From Octopus bimaculoides (Eukaryota), in contig NC_068987.1 in NCBI RefSeq assembly GCF_001194135.2, positions 73,299,545 to 73,363,544 of the forward strand: a stretch of 64,000 nt of DNA, given 5' to 3'. Under the pieces are notes generated by a model, which did not search any database, was not told the DNA's origin, and saw only the letters and a list, made by a program, of their open reading frames with translations. The position numbers and the translations under genes are program-made. Below are positions 39,696 to 51,081 of this stretch, in pieces. The first letter of the stretch is position 1, and each line of letters opens with the position of its first letter.

Positions 39696-40419
39696 ACAAC
39701 TTACTTTTATTGAAATGGTAAAATTCATGAGGAGATTTGACTACTATTATTAGCAGGACAAGCAACTGTTTGGAGGTAATGTTTAATGACTTGTATACAC
39801 AAATATGTTCTGATGCACAAATTGTTTTCCCTGTGACATGGAAAAAGAAAAAAATGTTTGCATGTGCTTCACTGAATACTTGGACGTTTTGTATACAAAC
39901 CTGAAAATATTAAAATAATTTTGGCACATATTTCTCATGTCTACTAAAATATGCATTGGCATTAAAGAACAATGTTTAGTGAAACTGTACGAAGTAGGGT
40001 ATGGTTTTAACCATGTATGAGGCTCTATAATACTACACTCTGCTTGATAAATATATTCAATGTTATATTTTATATATAAAATAAATATATTTTATTACCA
40101 TAAGCACAGGTGTAGCTGTGTGGTAAGAAGCTTTCTTCTCAACCACAACATGGTTCCAGGTTCAGTCCCTCTGCATGGCACTTTGGGCAAGTGTCTTTTA
40201 TTATAGCCTCACCAAAAGCCTTGTGAGTGGATTTGGTAGATGGAAACTGAGAGTCTATGTATTTTTAAAAATTTGTGTAGTACTTTTTTTAATATACTTT
40301 TTATCTCCTTGAGTTTGGCTCTCCAAGATAAGATAACAGACGAGTAGTGGAGGTGGGTTATCAATGTATTTTCTGAGGCCAACTCATTTAATTTTTAATT
40401 GTCAGTTACACATCTGGAC

Positions 40420-41000
40420 TTTTAGGTTTATTTATTTATTTTTGGCTCTGGAGGAAGACAGTACCCATTGCATGCTCTTCCATACTGGTGTGCAAGATTA
40501 TTGTTGTTAATGTTCTTGAACCTTTGTAAGTCAATCTCTGTGGGAAAGATACTCACAGGAAGAAAATTCCAGAGGATTGATGTTCTAGGAAGGAAGGATT
40601 GGACACAATGATTAGTGAATGACCTGGGGATTTTGGCCACTGCAATGGTGGTTGATGAGAAGAGAGGAGACAAGTAAGACAGGAATGCCTGAGTGTAGGA
40701 GGTGTAAGCCCAACCAGCTGTGAAGAGCAGAAGTGTTACAGTAATGATAGAAAAATGGGGAGATAGTGTTCCTGTGGGCTAGAGGCTGAAACATCTCTAT
40801 GACTGACTTTATATCAATCTAAGTAGGTATCAGACGCCATTGTCAATAGTACTGTTGCACCGTGGAATTGGCTTGGCATGCTGAGTTCATAGTCTTTCAG
40901 TAGGAAAAATCTTCATCTGAAAAATCAACATTCTCTAGAAGGACGGATATGTCTCTCATCTGCTTGAAAATATATAAACCAGTGGTAAGTATACTATCCA
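40420..41000 (-). mobile_element. CR1/L2/Jockey-group LINE 3' relic
   Basis: NHCVQSFLPRTSILWNFLPVSIFP...DLQRFKN matches the C-terminal SFxPRTxxLWNxLP motif. Confidence 0.65.
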
Positions 41001-41118
41001 ATTGGGTCTTAGTGAATAGGGAAACCTGATTATATGAGGGGCCCTTTCTCCATCTCATCCTCTCTCTCTCTCTCTCTGTTGTTTGACATGAATCAAGACA
41101 ACTTTTGGTTTATTTCAG

Positions 41119-41199
41119 ATGCAGAAATGTATTGCATTGGATGAGAAGTTACAAGACATGGATCATACCATCACTGTCAACTCACAGTATGTGCAAAAG
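41119..41199 (+). CDS. COPS3: COPS3 exon 14
   Basis: MQKCIALDEKLQDMDHTITVNSQYVQK; ttcag/GTAATG; 81 nt. Confidence 0.96.
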
Positions 41200-41510
41200 G
41201 TAATGTTTTATATCATTGTCTCTTGTTAGGTTCGAAAGTATCTTGATTAAATAGATCAATTAAAACCAAAGAAACTTTTTGTTTTTTTTTCTCCTCCATC
41301 TTGAGCTGCAACTGAACTTCTTTCCAATCTAATACTTGATGATGATGATGATGTTTTCATTTTAGCAGATTTGTCTTTGAAGCTGCAACTAGTTGTGTAC
41401 GCTGTGTACTAAACCAGTTGATTATTCTTATCTTGTCACTTGTAATTCACTGTGTTATAAGCCAAGGTTGATTTACTTTCTAACTGACTCAGGTTTCTTG
41501 GTTGTAAATA

Positions 41511-42778
41511 TCAGGTCATTAAGAATAAAATGTCCAGTTTTCTGATGCACCAAGCTTGACAGTAATTATCCTAACAATTCTTTGTTTTATAACATTGAAG
41601 AGTTACATCATCACTTTTCAAAATGCAATACATGGTATCTGATTATACTGTGAGTTTTCTCTTGTAAACTAGTTTTTGTGAACCCATGGATAGATTAAAA
41701 AATTCATGTTGTTTATGAATACGAGTTCCGTCATGGAACCAATGCATCCCAGACGTGCTTGAAACATCAATGATGCGTTTGAAGATGTGGCGAATGAGTG
41801 CTCTGTACGTTGATGGTTTGAGAAGTTCCAGTTTGGTGACTTTACTCTTGAAAATCAGTCACGTGGTAGACCTGAGACCAAGGTGGATAATGATGAGCTG
41901 GAAACTGTAGTGGAAGCAGATACATCTCAAACTATGTGTGAGTTAGCGGCAAGGTTTGATGTTTCGATTCCAACTGTATTGGACCATCTGAAACAATTCG
42001 ACAAGGTAAAGAAGCTGCATAAGTGGGTACCACATGAACTGAATGAACATCAAATGACACATCGTCTTGAAACTTGCTGTTCTTTGCTGTCATGGCAGAA
42101 AAACTAATCATTTTTGCATCGTATTATTACGTGTGATGAAAAATGGATTCTTTTCAACAATAGCAAGTGTTCTGCACAGTGGTTGGATAGAGACGAAGTG
42201 CCAAAACACAATCCGAAAAAGAATATTCATCAAAAAAAGCTAATGGTGTCTGTATGGTGGTCCAGCACTGGTATCATCCACTACAGCTTCATGAGACCTG
42301 GTAAGTCAATTACAGCGGATGTATACATCAACCAATTGGATTAAATGATGAGTGAATTTGCAATTAAAGAACCAAGATTGGTCAAAAGAGACAGACCAAT
42401 TCTCTTGCAAGACAATGCTCGACCACATGTTGCACAAAAAACACTACTCAAGTTACAGGAACTGAACTTTGAAGTACTCTGTCATCCACCATATTCACCA
42501 GACCTTGCACCAACTGACTATCACATTTTCCAGGCATTAGACAACTTTTTGCAAGGAAAAAACTTCAAATCTGAAGATGCAAAAACAGCCTTTTATGATC
42601 TCATCACCTCTTGCTCTCTGGAATTCTTCACTGCCTTCATAAGTAAGCTACCAATAAAATGGCAAAATTGTGTTGATAATTTAGGTGCATACTTTGATTA
42701 ACTGCATTGCTTTTTGTTGAGATAAAGTAAAATAAACTTTCAGTTCAAAATTGGACATTTCATTTCTTAATGACCTGG
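41511..42778 (+). mobile_element. Full-length mariner (DD34D) element with disrupted transposase, in COPS3 intron 14
   Basis: TA-TCAGGTCATTAAGAA...TTCTTAATGACCTGG-TA; transposase 41686-42701 with WVPHEL, TCDEKW, QDNARPH and YSPDLAPTD; at least one frameshift and several in-frame stops. Confidence 0.93.
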
Positions 42779-45477
42779 TATATATTGTTATTGAGGAATT
42801 TAGAAAGAAGCTAGAGTAAGCTTGCAATCCTTGCTTCAGATTCATCTAAGACTTTGGATTGTACATAGACTGGATACCATTCACATCAAGTTGACATGGT
42901 CTTATTTTCTTGTGAAATTTCTCTGTGTTGACNNNNNNNNNNNNNNNNNNNNNNNNNNNNNNNNGGGGGGGGGGATTGACAGAATCATTAGAGCATTGGA
43001 CAAAACACCTTGCAGTTTTTCTGTTGGCTCTTTAAGTTCTAAGTTCAAATCCCACCTAGGTCATCTTTGTTTTTCATCCTTCTGGGAGTCAATAAACTAA
43101 AGTGCCAGTCTAGTACAGGGGGTTGATTAAACTGACTTAACCCCTCCTCTGAATTTCAGGATTTGTGACTATATTAGAAACAATACCTCTTGGTGTTGTG
43201 CTTGTTCAGTAACAATAGTGACACATATTGATAAACTTCACATACTTCTTGTTAACAATAAATAATTGGATGTTACAGTTTTTGTAAATGTTTTGACTTC
43301 CATCTTTCTATACTCAGTTAAACCTTGATTAAGCAGAAATATAATCAAAAGATGTCCAGTCATGATCATCTATTCTTTTAACCCTTTAGCAAACAGATCA
43401 CTCTGTCAAATGTAATGCTTATTTATTCACCTTGTTTAGAATTAATAACTGCTTATCTCATAGCTTTTAGAATTTGATGATGTTGATTGTTTATTTTTAA
43501 CATGACAGTACAGGGTAGGTGGGAGAGGGTGGATCTGCCTGGTTTGAACATAAAACAGAATATTTTGGCTGGATATGGCCAGCTCAGATGTTAATGAGTT
43601 AAGGAATATCTTTGTCTACATTGTCCAGTGTGTCCTTTCTTTACTGTCTTTAAGACTGTAGGGTGTGATTTTAGGATATGTTGGTTACTATCACTTGCAA
43701 GTTGAATAATCACAGAGTATCTAGACATGTTTAATTAGGTCAGTGCTTATATGTACTGATGGCAGTCAGTCATAACAGACATAACCAAGATGGGTATAGT
43801 CAAAACATAACAGCATTATGTTTTTAAAGAGCACATCTATGAGAGATAAATTTGCCTTTTGCTATGCGCTTACATTGAGCATGATACACAGATAGCTATT
43901 TTATTCTAATCCTGCTTCTGTTGCATATAATAGATTTTTATTTAGCCAGGTAGCTATTTGCAATACCAGTGATTGCTTATTTGCTGTTTTCCTATATTGT
44001 TGGCGACAGGTGTCATCTTAACATGCATTTGGCTGTGATGCCAATTACATGTATGCAATTAGCAACCCCCAGCTAGGCAGAAATACTGCATCTAACATTC
44101 TCACTGTCTGCAGCTAGGATGATTTTCGTCTACCTCTATATATATTCTGTTTTTAAACACAGCATGTCCATAAAAGATATTATCTCTGAATAAATACTGC
44201 AGTAAATATATTTTTGTATGCAATGTATTTACATTAAATATGATACACACATGGCTGTTTTAATCTAATAATGCTTCTGTTGTATATAACATAACAGTGA
44301 AGGTGCATGGCTTAGTGGTTAGGGTATTTGGCTCACAATCGAAAGGTCGTGAGTTCGCAAACCAGTGGCACATTGTGTTCTTGAGCAAGACACTTTATTT
44401 CACTTTGCTTAAGTACATGTATTGAGTTGTACCTGTATTTCAAAGGGTCACTCTCGTCACATTCTGTGTCATGCTAAATCTCCCAGAGAACTATGTTAAT
44501 GGTATGTATGCTTGTGGAGTGCTTAGCCACTTGCATGTTGATATCACAAGTAGGTTGTTCCGTTGATTGGATCAACTGGAACACTACACTGGTTGTCGTA
44601 ACCAATGGAGTGTCATACCACCATATAACAGTTATACTTTTTTGGCCCTTGTTTTAGGTGGTTTGCATCCCAATATAATGTTTAGGGGTCCTTTAAACAA
44701 CCAACACTATCCTGAGAGTACTGTCCATCTCAATCTGTTCAAACACATCTGCAATACTCTAGATAATCATTGCGACACTATCCTGGGAACATTATCCCTC
44801 CTGACCTGTTCAAATATATGAACACTCCAGAACACCACTACAACACAATCCTGAGAGTTCCATCCTTTCTGTATTGTCCAAACAGGTCAGAACATTACTG
44901 CAACAACCCTGAGCACTAACTACTACATTGCCATCCTCAAAGAACACTATCCTTTCCACCTTGACAAATGTAATAAAAATAGCAGCTAAATCTTTCTCAT
45001 CTAATCTGCAGTGTTAAAAGAAAGAAAGAAGTAAGGGCACATTAATGCCATCCTAGATATACTGATCATCATCATCCTCATCATCATCGTTGTTGTTTAA
45101 CACCAGCTTTCCATGCTGGCATGGGTTGGACGGTTTGACAGGAGCTGGCCACACAGAAACCTGCACCATATTTCTGTGTCTGTTTTGGCACAGTTTTTTG
45201 TGGCTGGATGCTCTTCCTAGCACCAACCACCCTTGCTGCAGAGTGCGCTGCAATCTAAAAAAAAAAAAAAAGGAAGAAAATGGAACGATTGTAGGTTTGT
45301 TTGATCAAGACTGCCACAGGCTAAACACCACCACCACCACCACCACCAATGAATCTTATATNNNNNNNNNNNNNNNNNNNNNNNNNNNNNNNNNNNNNNN
45401 NNNNNNNNNNNNNNNNNNNNNNNNNNNNNNNNNNNNNNNNNNNNNNNNNNNNNNNNNNNNNNNNNNNNNNNNNNNAG

Positions 45478-45540
45478 AGTTGTGGTTTACACGAGGAAGA
45501 ACTGTCTGGTTCCTCCTCCATCAAAGGTCAAGGATACTGA
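45478..45540 (+). CDS. COPS3: COPS3 exon 15 (terminal coding exon)
   Basis: AG at 45476-45477 directly after an N gap, then SCGLHEEELSGSSSIKGQGY-stop; resembles the vertebrate tail SMGSQEDDSGNKPSSYS; the polypyrimidine tract is hidden in the gap. Confidence 0.8.
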   Translation, partial: SCGLHEEELSGSSSIKGQGY

Positions 45541-45661
45541 ATCATCCTCCCATCCCTCACCTAAACGCTATGGATTCTAATTGAGTCGCACTGGTCAAGG
45601 AGACTTTAATGTGACCATTAGCTGGACAATGACCCTTCCCCCCATGATTTCACTGTTTTAG

Positions 45662-45860
45662 AATAAATTCCTTAAGATTGGCTTTTGTTCCAGTCTTGGA
45701 ATTTGTTCTAACTCTCCCCTGCCCCAACCCACTATCACCTCCACTACCAGCCTGTTGCTATGGTAACTAATAACAGCTCAGACTCCAATAAACTGCTTTT
45801 CTTTTTATTGTTCCTTATCATGGTGTTGTTTTTCTTTTTTCTTCTCTCTTTGTGTTATTG
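45662..45860 (+). terminator. Candidate COPS3 polyadenylation signals
   Basis: AATAAA at 45662-45667 and 45787-45792; the second is followed by a long U/GU-rich tract. Confidence 0.55.
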
Positions 45861-47413
45861 TCATAATTATTATTATCACAGTTGTATTTGTGTATGTGTG
45901 TGTGTGTGATCACCATTGTTTAACGTCTATTTTCCCATGATTGCATGAGTTGGACAGAATTTGTTGAGACAGATTTTGTACGGCCAGATGCCCTGCTTGT
46001 TGCAAACCCTCACCTGATTACAAACAACGGTAATATCTCCCCATGGCCAGACATGTTTTCACAAAAGACTGGAAATGAAGAACACTGCTTACCTGGCAGT
46101 TACATTCAGTTACAATTATCCCTTTTGAAGTCAAGGCAAGGTGATAGTACACACACACACACACACACACTGCAATGGCTTTCTTTCAGTTTCCATTGGT
46201 CCAGGACTATAACAGAAGATACTTGTCCAAAATGCAATGCAGTGGGACTGAACTTGTGACCATGTGGATGGGAAGCAAACTTCTTACCACACAGCCACAC
46301 ACACACATTCACTTGCACATACACACACACACACGTATATATATATGGTCATGCTGTATGCATTTATTTCCATTGTTGTGTGTGGTTTAGTGTATTGTGT
46401 ATGTATATATTCATTTGTTTTATGGTCTTTTTTCCGTGCTAGCATGGGGTTAGATGAATACTGTATTATTAAAGCAATGTGTTATAACTGGATACCCTTC
46501 CTGCTGCTAACACTTAACTGTTTTTCAAGTAAAAGATTCTTTTGTATTTCATACATCTTTGAAAGTATTGAGCAGTCGGACGATTTCTTGATGGAATTGT
46601 CAACTGAGTTTACCATTTTTAATTCAGCCCTATTTTCAGGTAAGCACTGAATGTAAATGGAGCAAACCCACATTGAAAGACTTTAGGGTCATGCATTCAG
46701 ATACATGTATATCTAGAACTAAACCTGACTGTGTGATTAAAAAGCTTGTTCCCCAACCATTTGACCTCATATTTAGTCCCACTGTGTGGCACCTTGGGCA
46801 AGTGTCTCCTACTGTTGCCCTGGGATGACCAAAGACTTGTGAGTGGATTTGGTAGATGGAACTGAAAGAAGCCTTCCGTGTGTGTGTGTGTGTGTGTGTG
46901 TTCGTTCGTGTGTACCCTTGTCCTGACACTATGCGATAATTGTAAACGAGCATCAACGTAGTACAAGCAAAAATAGGATTTGCAACAGTGAGTGCATCCG
47001 TCCAGAAAGTCTTGTCCCCTGCCCAGTAATTCTATAGTACATATTGTTTATGTTCTGTATTTACAATATTTTGTACATTACTTATTCTACATTAACAATG
47101 TTTGATAAATCCAATATTCTATACTTACAACTCTAAATATTTCATATTCTGTACTTATAGCTCTATATATTCCGTATTCCATTCAGTCCGTATCCCACAC
47201 TTACAATACTTCTTACATTTCCTAATCCTTATTTTCAATGCTCTATACAACCCAGATTCCATACTTGCAATACTCTATACATTTCACTTTCCATTACATT
47301 ACAGTATACATTTCACATTTACATCAGTATTTTATATGTACAATATTCCATACATTTCACATTCCAAATATAGAATATGAAATGTATATTCTGAAATTTC
47401 ATATTTTATATTA

Positions 47414-48206
47414 TATTGAGTCAAAAGTTTTGCAGTGTTTTAGTAACTTATTTGCTTTATTTGGCACATTATAACAAAAGCAACCTAACATTCAAAATAG
47501 AGGCCATCGTATTCCACTGTCAGAAGCCACCTTTCCGCCTGTTTTTTTGGATATCCCACGCCAATATCCATTTTTGTCTTTCGAGGCGAAGAACTCCTTC
47601 ACTGAATTTTCATCCTCATTTTGGTTAATGAAGTGTCGCGAGCACAAAAAGTAAGAGATAGATTGGAACAAGTAATAATCCGACGGAGATATTTTTCTGC
47701 AATCCACACGTGCGTAAGCAGTGGTTAAAAAAATGGGCCAACTTCCGGAACCTGTCTACAAACCTGGGCGTTTTGAATTTAAGATAATGCTCTGCGTCTG
47801 ATGGAATTATGAGGGGATAACTCACTACAAATTCGTTCCGGGTGGTTGAACCATCGATGTCAACATGTACTCTGAACAGCTGGAGCGGTTGTATGCCACT
47901 GTGCAGCAAAATACCCGACACTGGTTAACGAAAAGCGAGCTCTTCTGCAGCAAAATGACGCAAGACCTCATACTGCTCGAACGACCCGGAACGAACTCTG
48001 GAAATTTGAGGGAATCGAATTGTTAGCACATCCAGCATATAGTCCGGACCTCGTTCCCTCGGATTATTACTTGTTTCGCTTGCTCTTCCTGCGCTTGCGA
48101 CGTTTCATCAACCAAGAGGCCTCAACTTTGAAAGCCAGACTACTTTTGTTGTAAATTGACTATAAAACAAATAAGTTACAAAAATATTGCAAAACTTTTG
48201 ACAATA
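47414..48206. mobile_element. Rearranged mariner derivative with two 3' ends
   Basis: - strand SPSDYYLFQS...KEFFASK at 47492-47707; + strand KIMLCV...QNDARPH...HPAYSPDLVPSDYYLF at 47760-48085; ~90-bp inverted termini flanked by TA. Confidence 0.75.
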
Positions 48207-48239
48207 TAGCAATTCCATACGTTTCATCCTTCCAATATT

Positions 48240-48470
48240 CGAGCTGGCAGAATCGTTAGCACGCCGGGCAAAATACTTAGCGGTATTTCGTCTGTCGTTA
48301 CGTCCTGAGTTCAAATTCCGCCGAAGTCGGCTTTACCTTTCATCCTTTCGGGGTCGATTAAATAACTACCAGTTACACACTGGTGTCAATGCAATCGACT
48401 TAATCCCTTTGTCTGTCCTTGTTTGTCCCCTCTATGTTTAACCCCTTGTGGGTAATAAAGAAATAAATAT
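48240..48470 (+). mobile_element. tRNA-headed SINE family C
   Basis: GAGCTGGCAGAATCGTTAGC...GAGTTCAAATTCC...CCTTTCATCCTTTCGGGGTCGAT; copies near 19800, 42980 (+) and 60340, 61590, 61810 (-). Confidence 0.8.
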
Positions 48471-48829
48471 TCTATACATTTGATATATTTACAATAATTT
48501 CATACATCTTAAATTCCCCCTACAATATTTTACACATTTCATATTCCATTAGGATGTCAGATAAAATTGATCGTTTTTCTACTTTATTCCTTATTTTCAT
48601 CAGCAATTTTAACAAATCAGTCATTAATATATTTTTCATTGTTCACGACTAGCATGTAAATACCTTGATTGTAGATATCACTGGGTCATGACTCGAAGAA
48701 TTCATCGATTCAAGTTTTCAGATCCTCGTTGTTGAGTGACTGAAAAAATGATAATCAGAATACGGAGGGGCGATTGAACTTCCTAACCGAGCTCTTAACC
48801 TGCAATTTTGGTCAAATTAGTGATGTGAA

Positions 48830-49090
48830 GGCGAGCATTGCTGTAGAAGCACGCCGTGTCACCAGTCAGGTTGTTTGAATTCGATTGCCACGACGGAACC
48901 GATGCATTTGCCGAACGTAAAGCTTTGTATTGATTGAGTGGTTGTTTTCATGCATTTCGTAGTGGATAAGCCTTCTCAGTCCCACCAATCGCAGACAATT
49001 GCCTTGCTTTATTGCAGCTCTGGTTTGGTTCGAGGTGTTGTTTGCTTGTTGGGACACAGCCATTCTCCTGTTTTCTTCTTCTTCATACTC
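48830..49090 (-). mobile_element. mariner transposase catalytic-domain relic
   Basis: LIHYEMHENNHSINTKLYVRQMHR; homologous to the + strand relic at 59190-59440. Confidence 0.6.
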
Positions 49091-49789
49091 ATATTGGATC
49101 TTGTTCAAAACGGGGGCGCCAGTTTTCATTTATGTTTTATGTAGTGTTTTTGGTACCGAAAGACTTTCAAACTTCGTATACTTATCTATTTTGTGTTATA
49201 GAACAGAAAAAAAATTTTGTATTCGAATTTATTTCATGTAAAAAATTGTCTTATTTCGATAATTTCAACCAATCACTGACAAGTATTCAGCTGTTTACAC
49301 TTACTCCTTTGGCACTTTAAACGGTGTAAAGCATATTTAATCTCCATTACTTCTGACATTTTGCAGAGGCAACATACGTGTGTTCGTTTTCCCTAACCCT
49401 AACCCTAATTGACTTGCTCCTTCCCTCAAAAACCATGCCTTGTGCCTATAATAGAAAGGTTTATTAGCTACTGCCAATATGCTTCAGCCATTTTTTGACA
49501 AGGAAATAATAATTTTATCACCACGAGAATCGTTTGTTTACGTAGTCAGCACTTACTGTTATTCGGCTGAATGGACGTCAGTCATTGGTTGAAATTACAG
49601 AAATACGACAACTTTAACATGAAATAACTTGCGATGTACGTTTTTTTGTTAAGAAGACTAAGAGAAAAAGATGTTTTATATGACATTCTACCAGTGTCCC
49701 AAGTTTCAAAGTGTTTCGTTAAGAAAATACTGGTGCCCCCGTTTTGAACAAGATCCCTGATATTTTCATACTGACTATTTTTTCGCCGG

Positions 49790-50205
49790 TGACGATGCAG
49801 TGAAGAAATCTCTGTTTGTGTCCACTAGTAGCCTGGTGTGGAGTGAACAAACTTCCGGCGATATAGGAGCACTGGAGTTTGTCTCTTTCACCCAGAGCGT
49901 GTGGTACCTGTATAGCGAGTTTTTAGACCTCACCCATCGAGTGTAAGTTACGGGCGACGGTTATCATGAGAATATCCTATCTGCTGAGTCAATTCCCTAG
50001 TGGATTGGTGCGGATTCTCGTAGATGAGCTCCTTCACTTGATTCTCGTTGAATAGAACAGGTCGACCGGAGCACAGAGAATATGTGAGGCCGAATTTTTT
50101 CCTCCTTGAAGTGTGAAAATCATTTCTGAGCATTTCTTGAAAAAAAAAAAAAAAAAAAAANNNNNNNNNNAAGCGCGAAGAGAAACAGATGCCGAAAATG
50201 CTCAT
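49790..50205 (-). mobile_element. mariner transposase N-terminal relic
   Basis: SGRPVLFNENQVKELIYENPHQSTRELTQQIG (GRPR/HTH region). Confidence 0.65.
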
Positions 50206-51038
50206 TTATTTCTACATGGTACTCTATCGCCACATGTTTGAAAAGAGGTAAGATTTATTTAAATTTCAAAAACGATAAGCTAAAACAGTAGAGGAAGACC
50301 AGAGCTACAAAAAACAAAAAAAAAAAAACAACCTATAAAACAATGATAAAATCATATTTATTATTCCACACGTTCCACATTTCACACTTACAATATAGCA
50401 TGCATTTCATATATGTTCTATCCTAACAGTACACCATGTAATCTTTACTATATATGCTTCCACATTAGATATTCTACATCCTTCTACATTATATATCCAG
50501 ATTTCATATTAGCTTCCATCAACAATATTTCTGCAACACTACTATGCAAATATATGCAACAAAGAAATCTTGTCTCCGAAAAAAAAAAGACGACAAAAAA
50601 CCAAACCAAAACAATTATAACCTAGACACACAGCAATTAAGTAAATATTCTAAGATATATGTTAAATATAAAATAACAGACTCAATATAATATAACCCCT
50701 CTTCCTCCTCCTACCAGAAATCCGAACATTCTAAATTTGAAAATTAAATGAACAATAAACAATGGCAAAAAAAAAAGGTAAACATCTCGAGCAAATCTAA
50801 CAAAGAATTACTTTATAAGTTTTCTAAAATTCTATAAATTGATACACGTCTGCAGATTCAATTAACAGACATTCCATTGCAACAAAGAACTACATTATGT
50901 GTTTGCTACAGAATTCTTCATTGTTCATGTATAATTCTAGGATCACCCCTATCATCAAAGATGCTCCCTCTTGCCGTAATCATCCCGTCTATTTATTTTC
51001 TGTGTGTGTTTGTGTATGTATGTGTGTATGTATGAATG

Positions 51039-51081
<43 letters not shown>

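Noticed and set aside
46560-46645. Possible extra exon ending TTTTCAG|GTAAGC (SIEQSDDFLMELSTEF...)
   Set aside because: Lies after the COPS3 stop and polyA signals, has no convincing in-frame acceptor and no recognisable homology.
48675-48743. Alternative terminal COPS3 exon ISLGHDSKNSS...
   Set aside because: Weaker similarity and acceptor than 45478-45540, and located among TE relics.
49391-49408. Interstitial telomere
   Set aside because: Only three units, which is common within repeats; no evidence of a fusion site.
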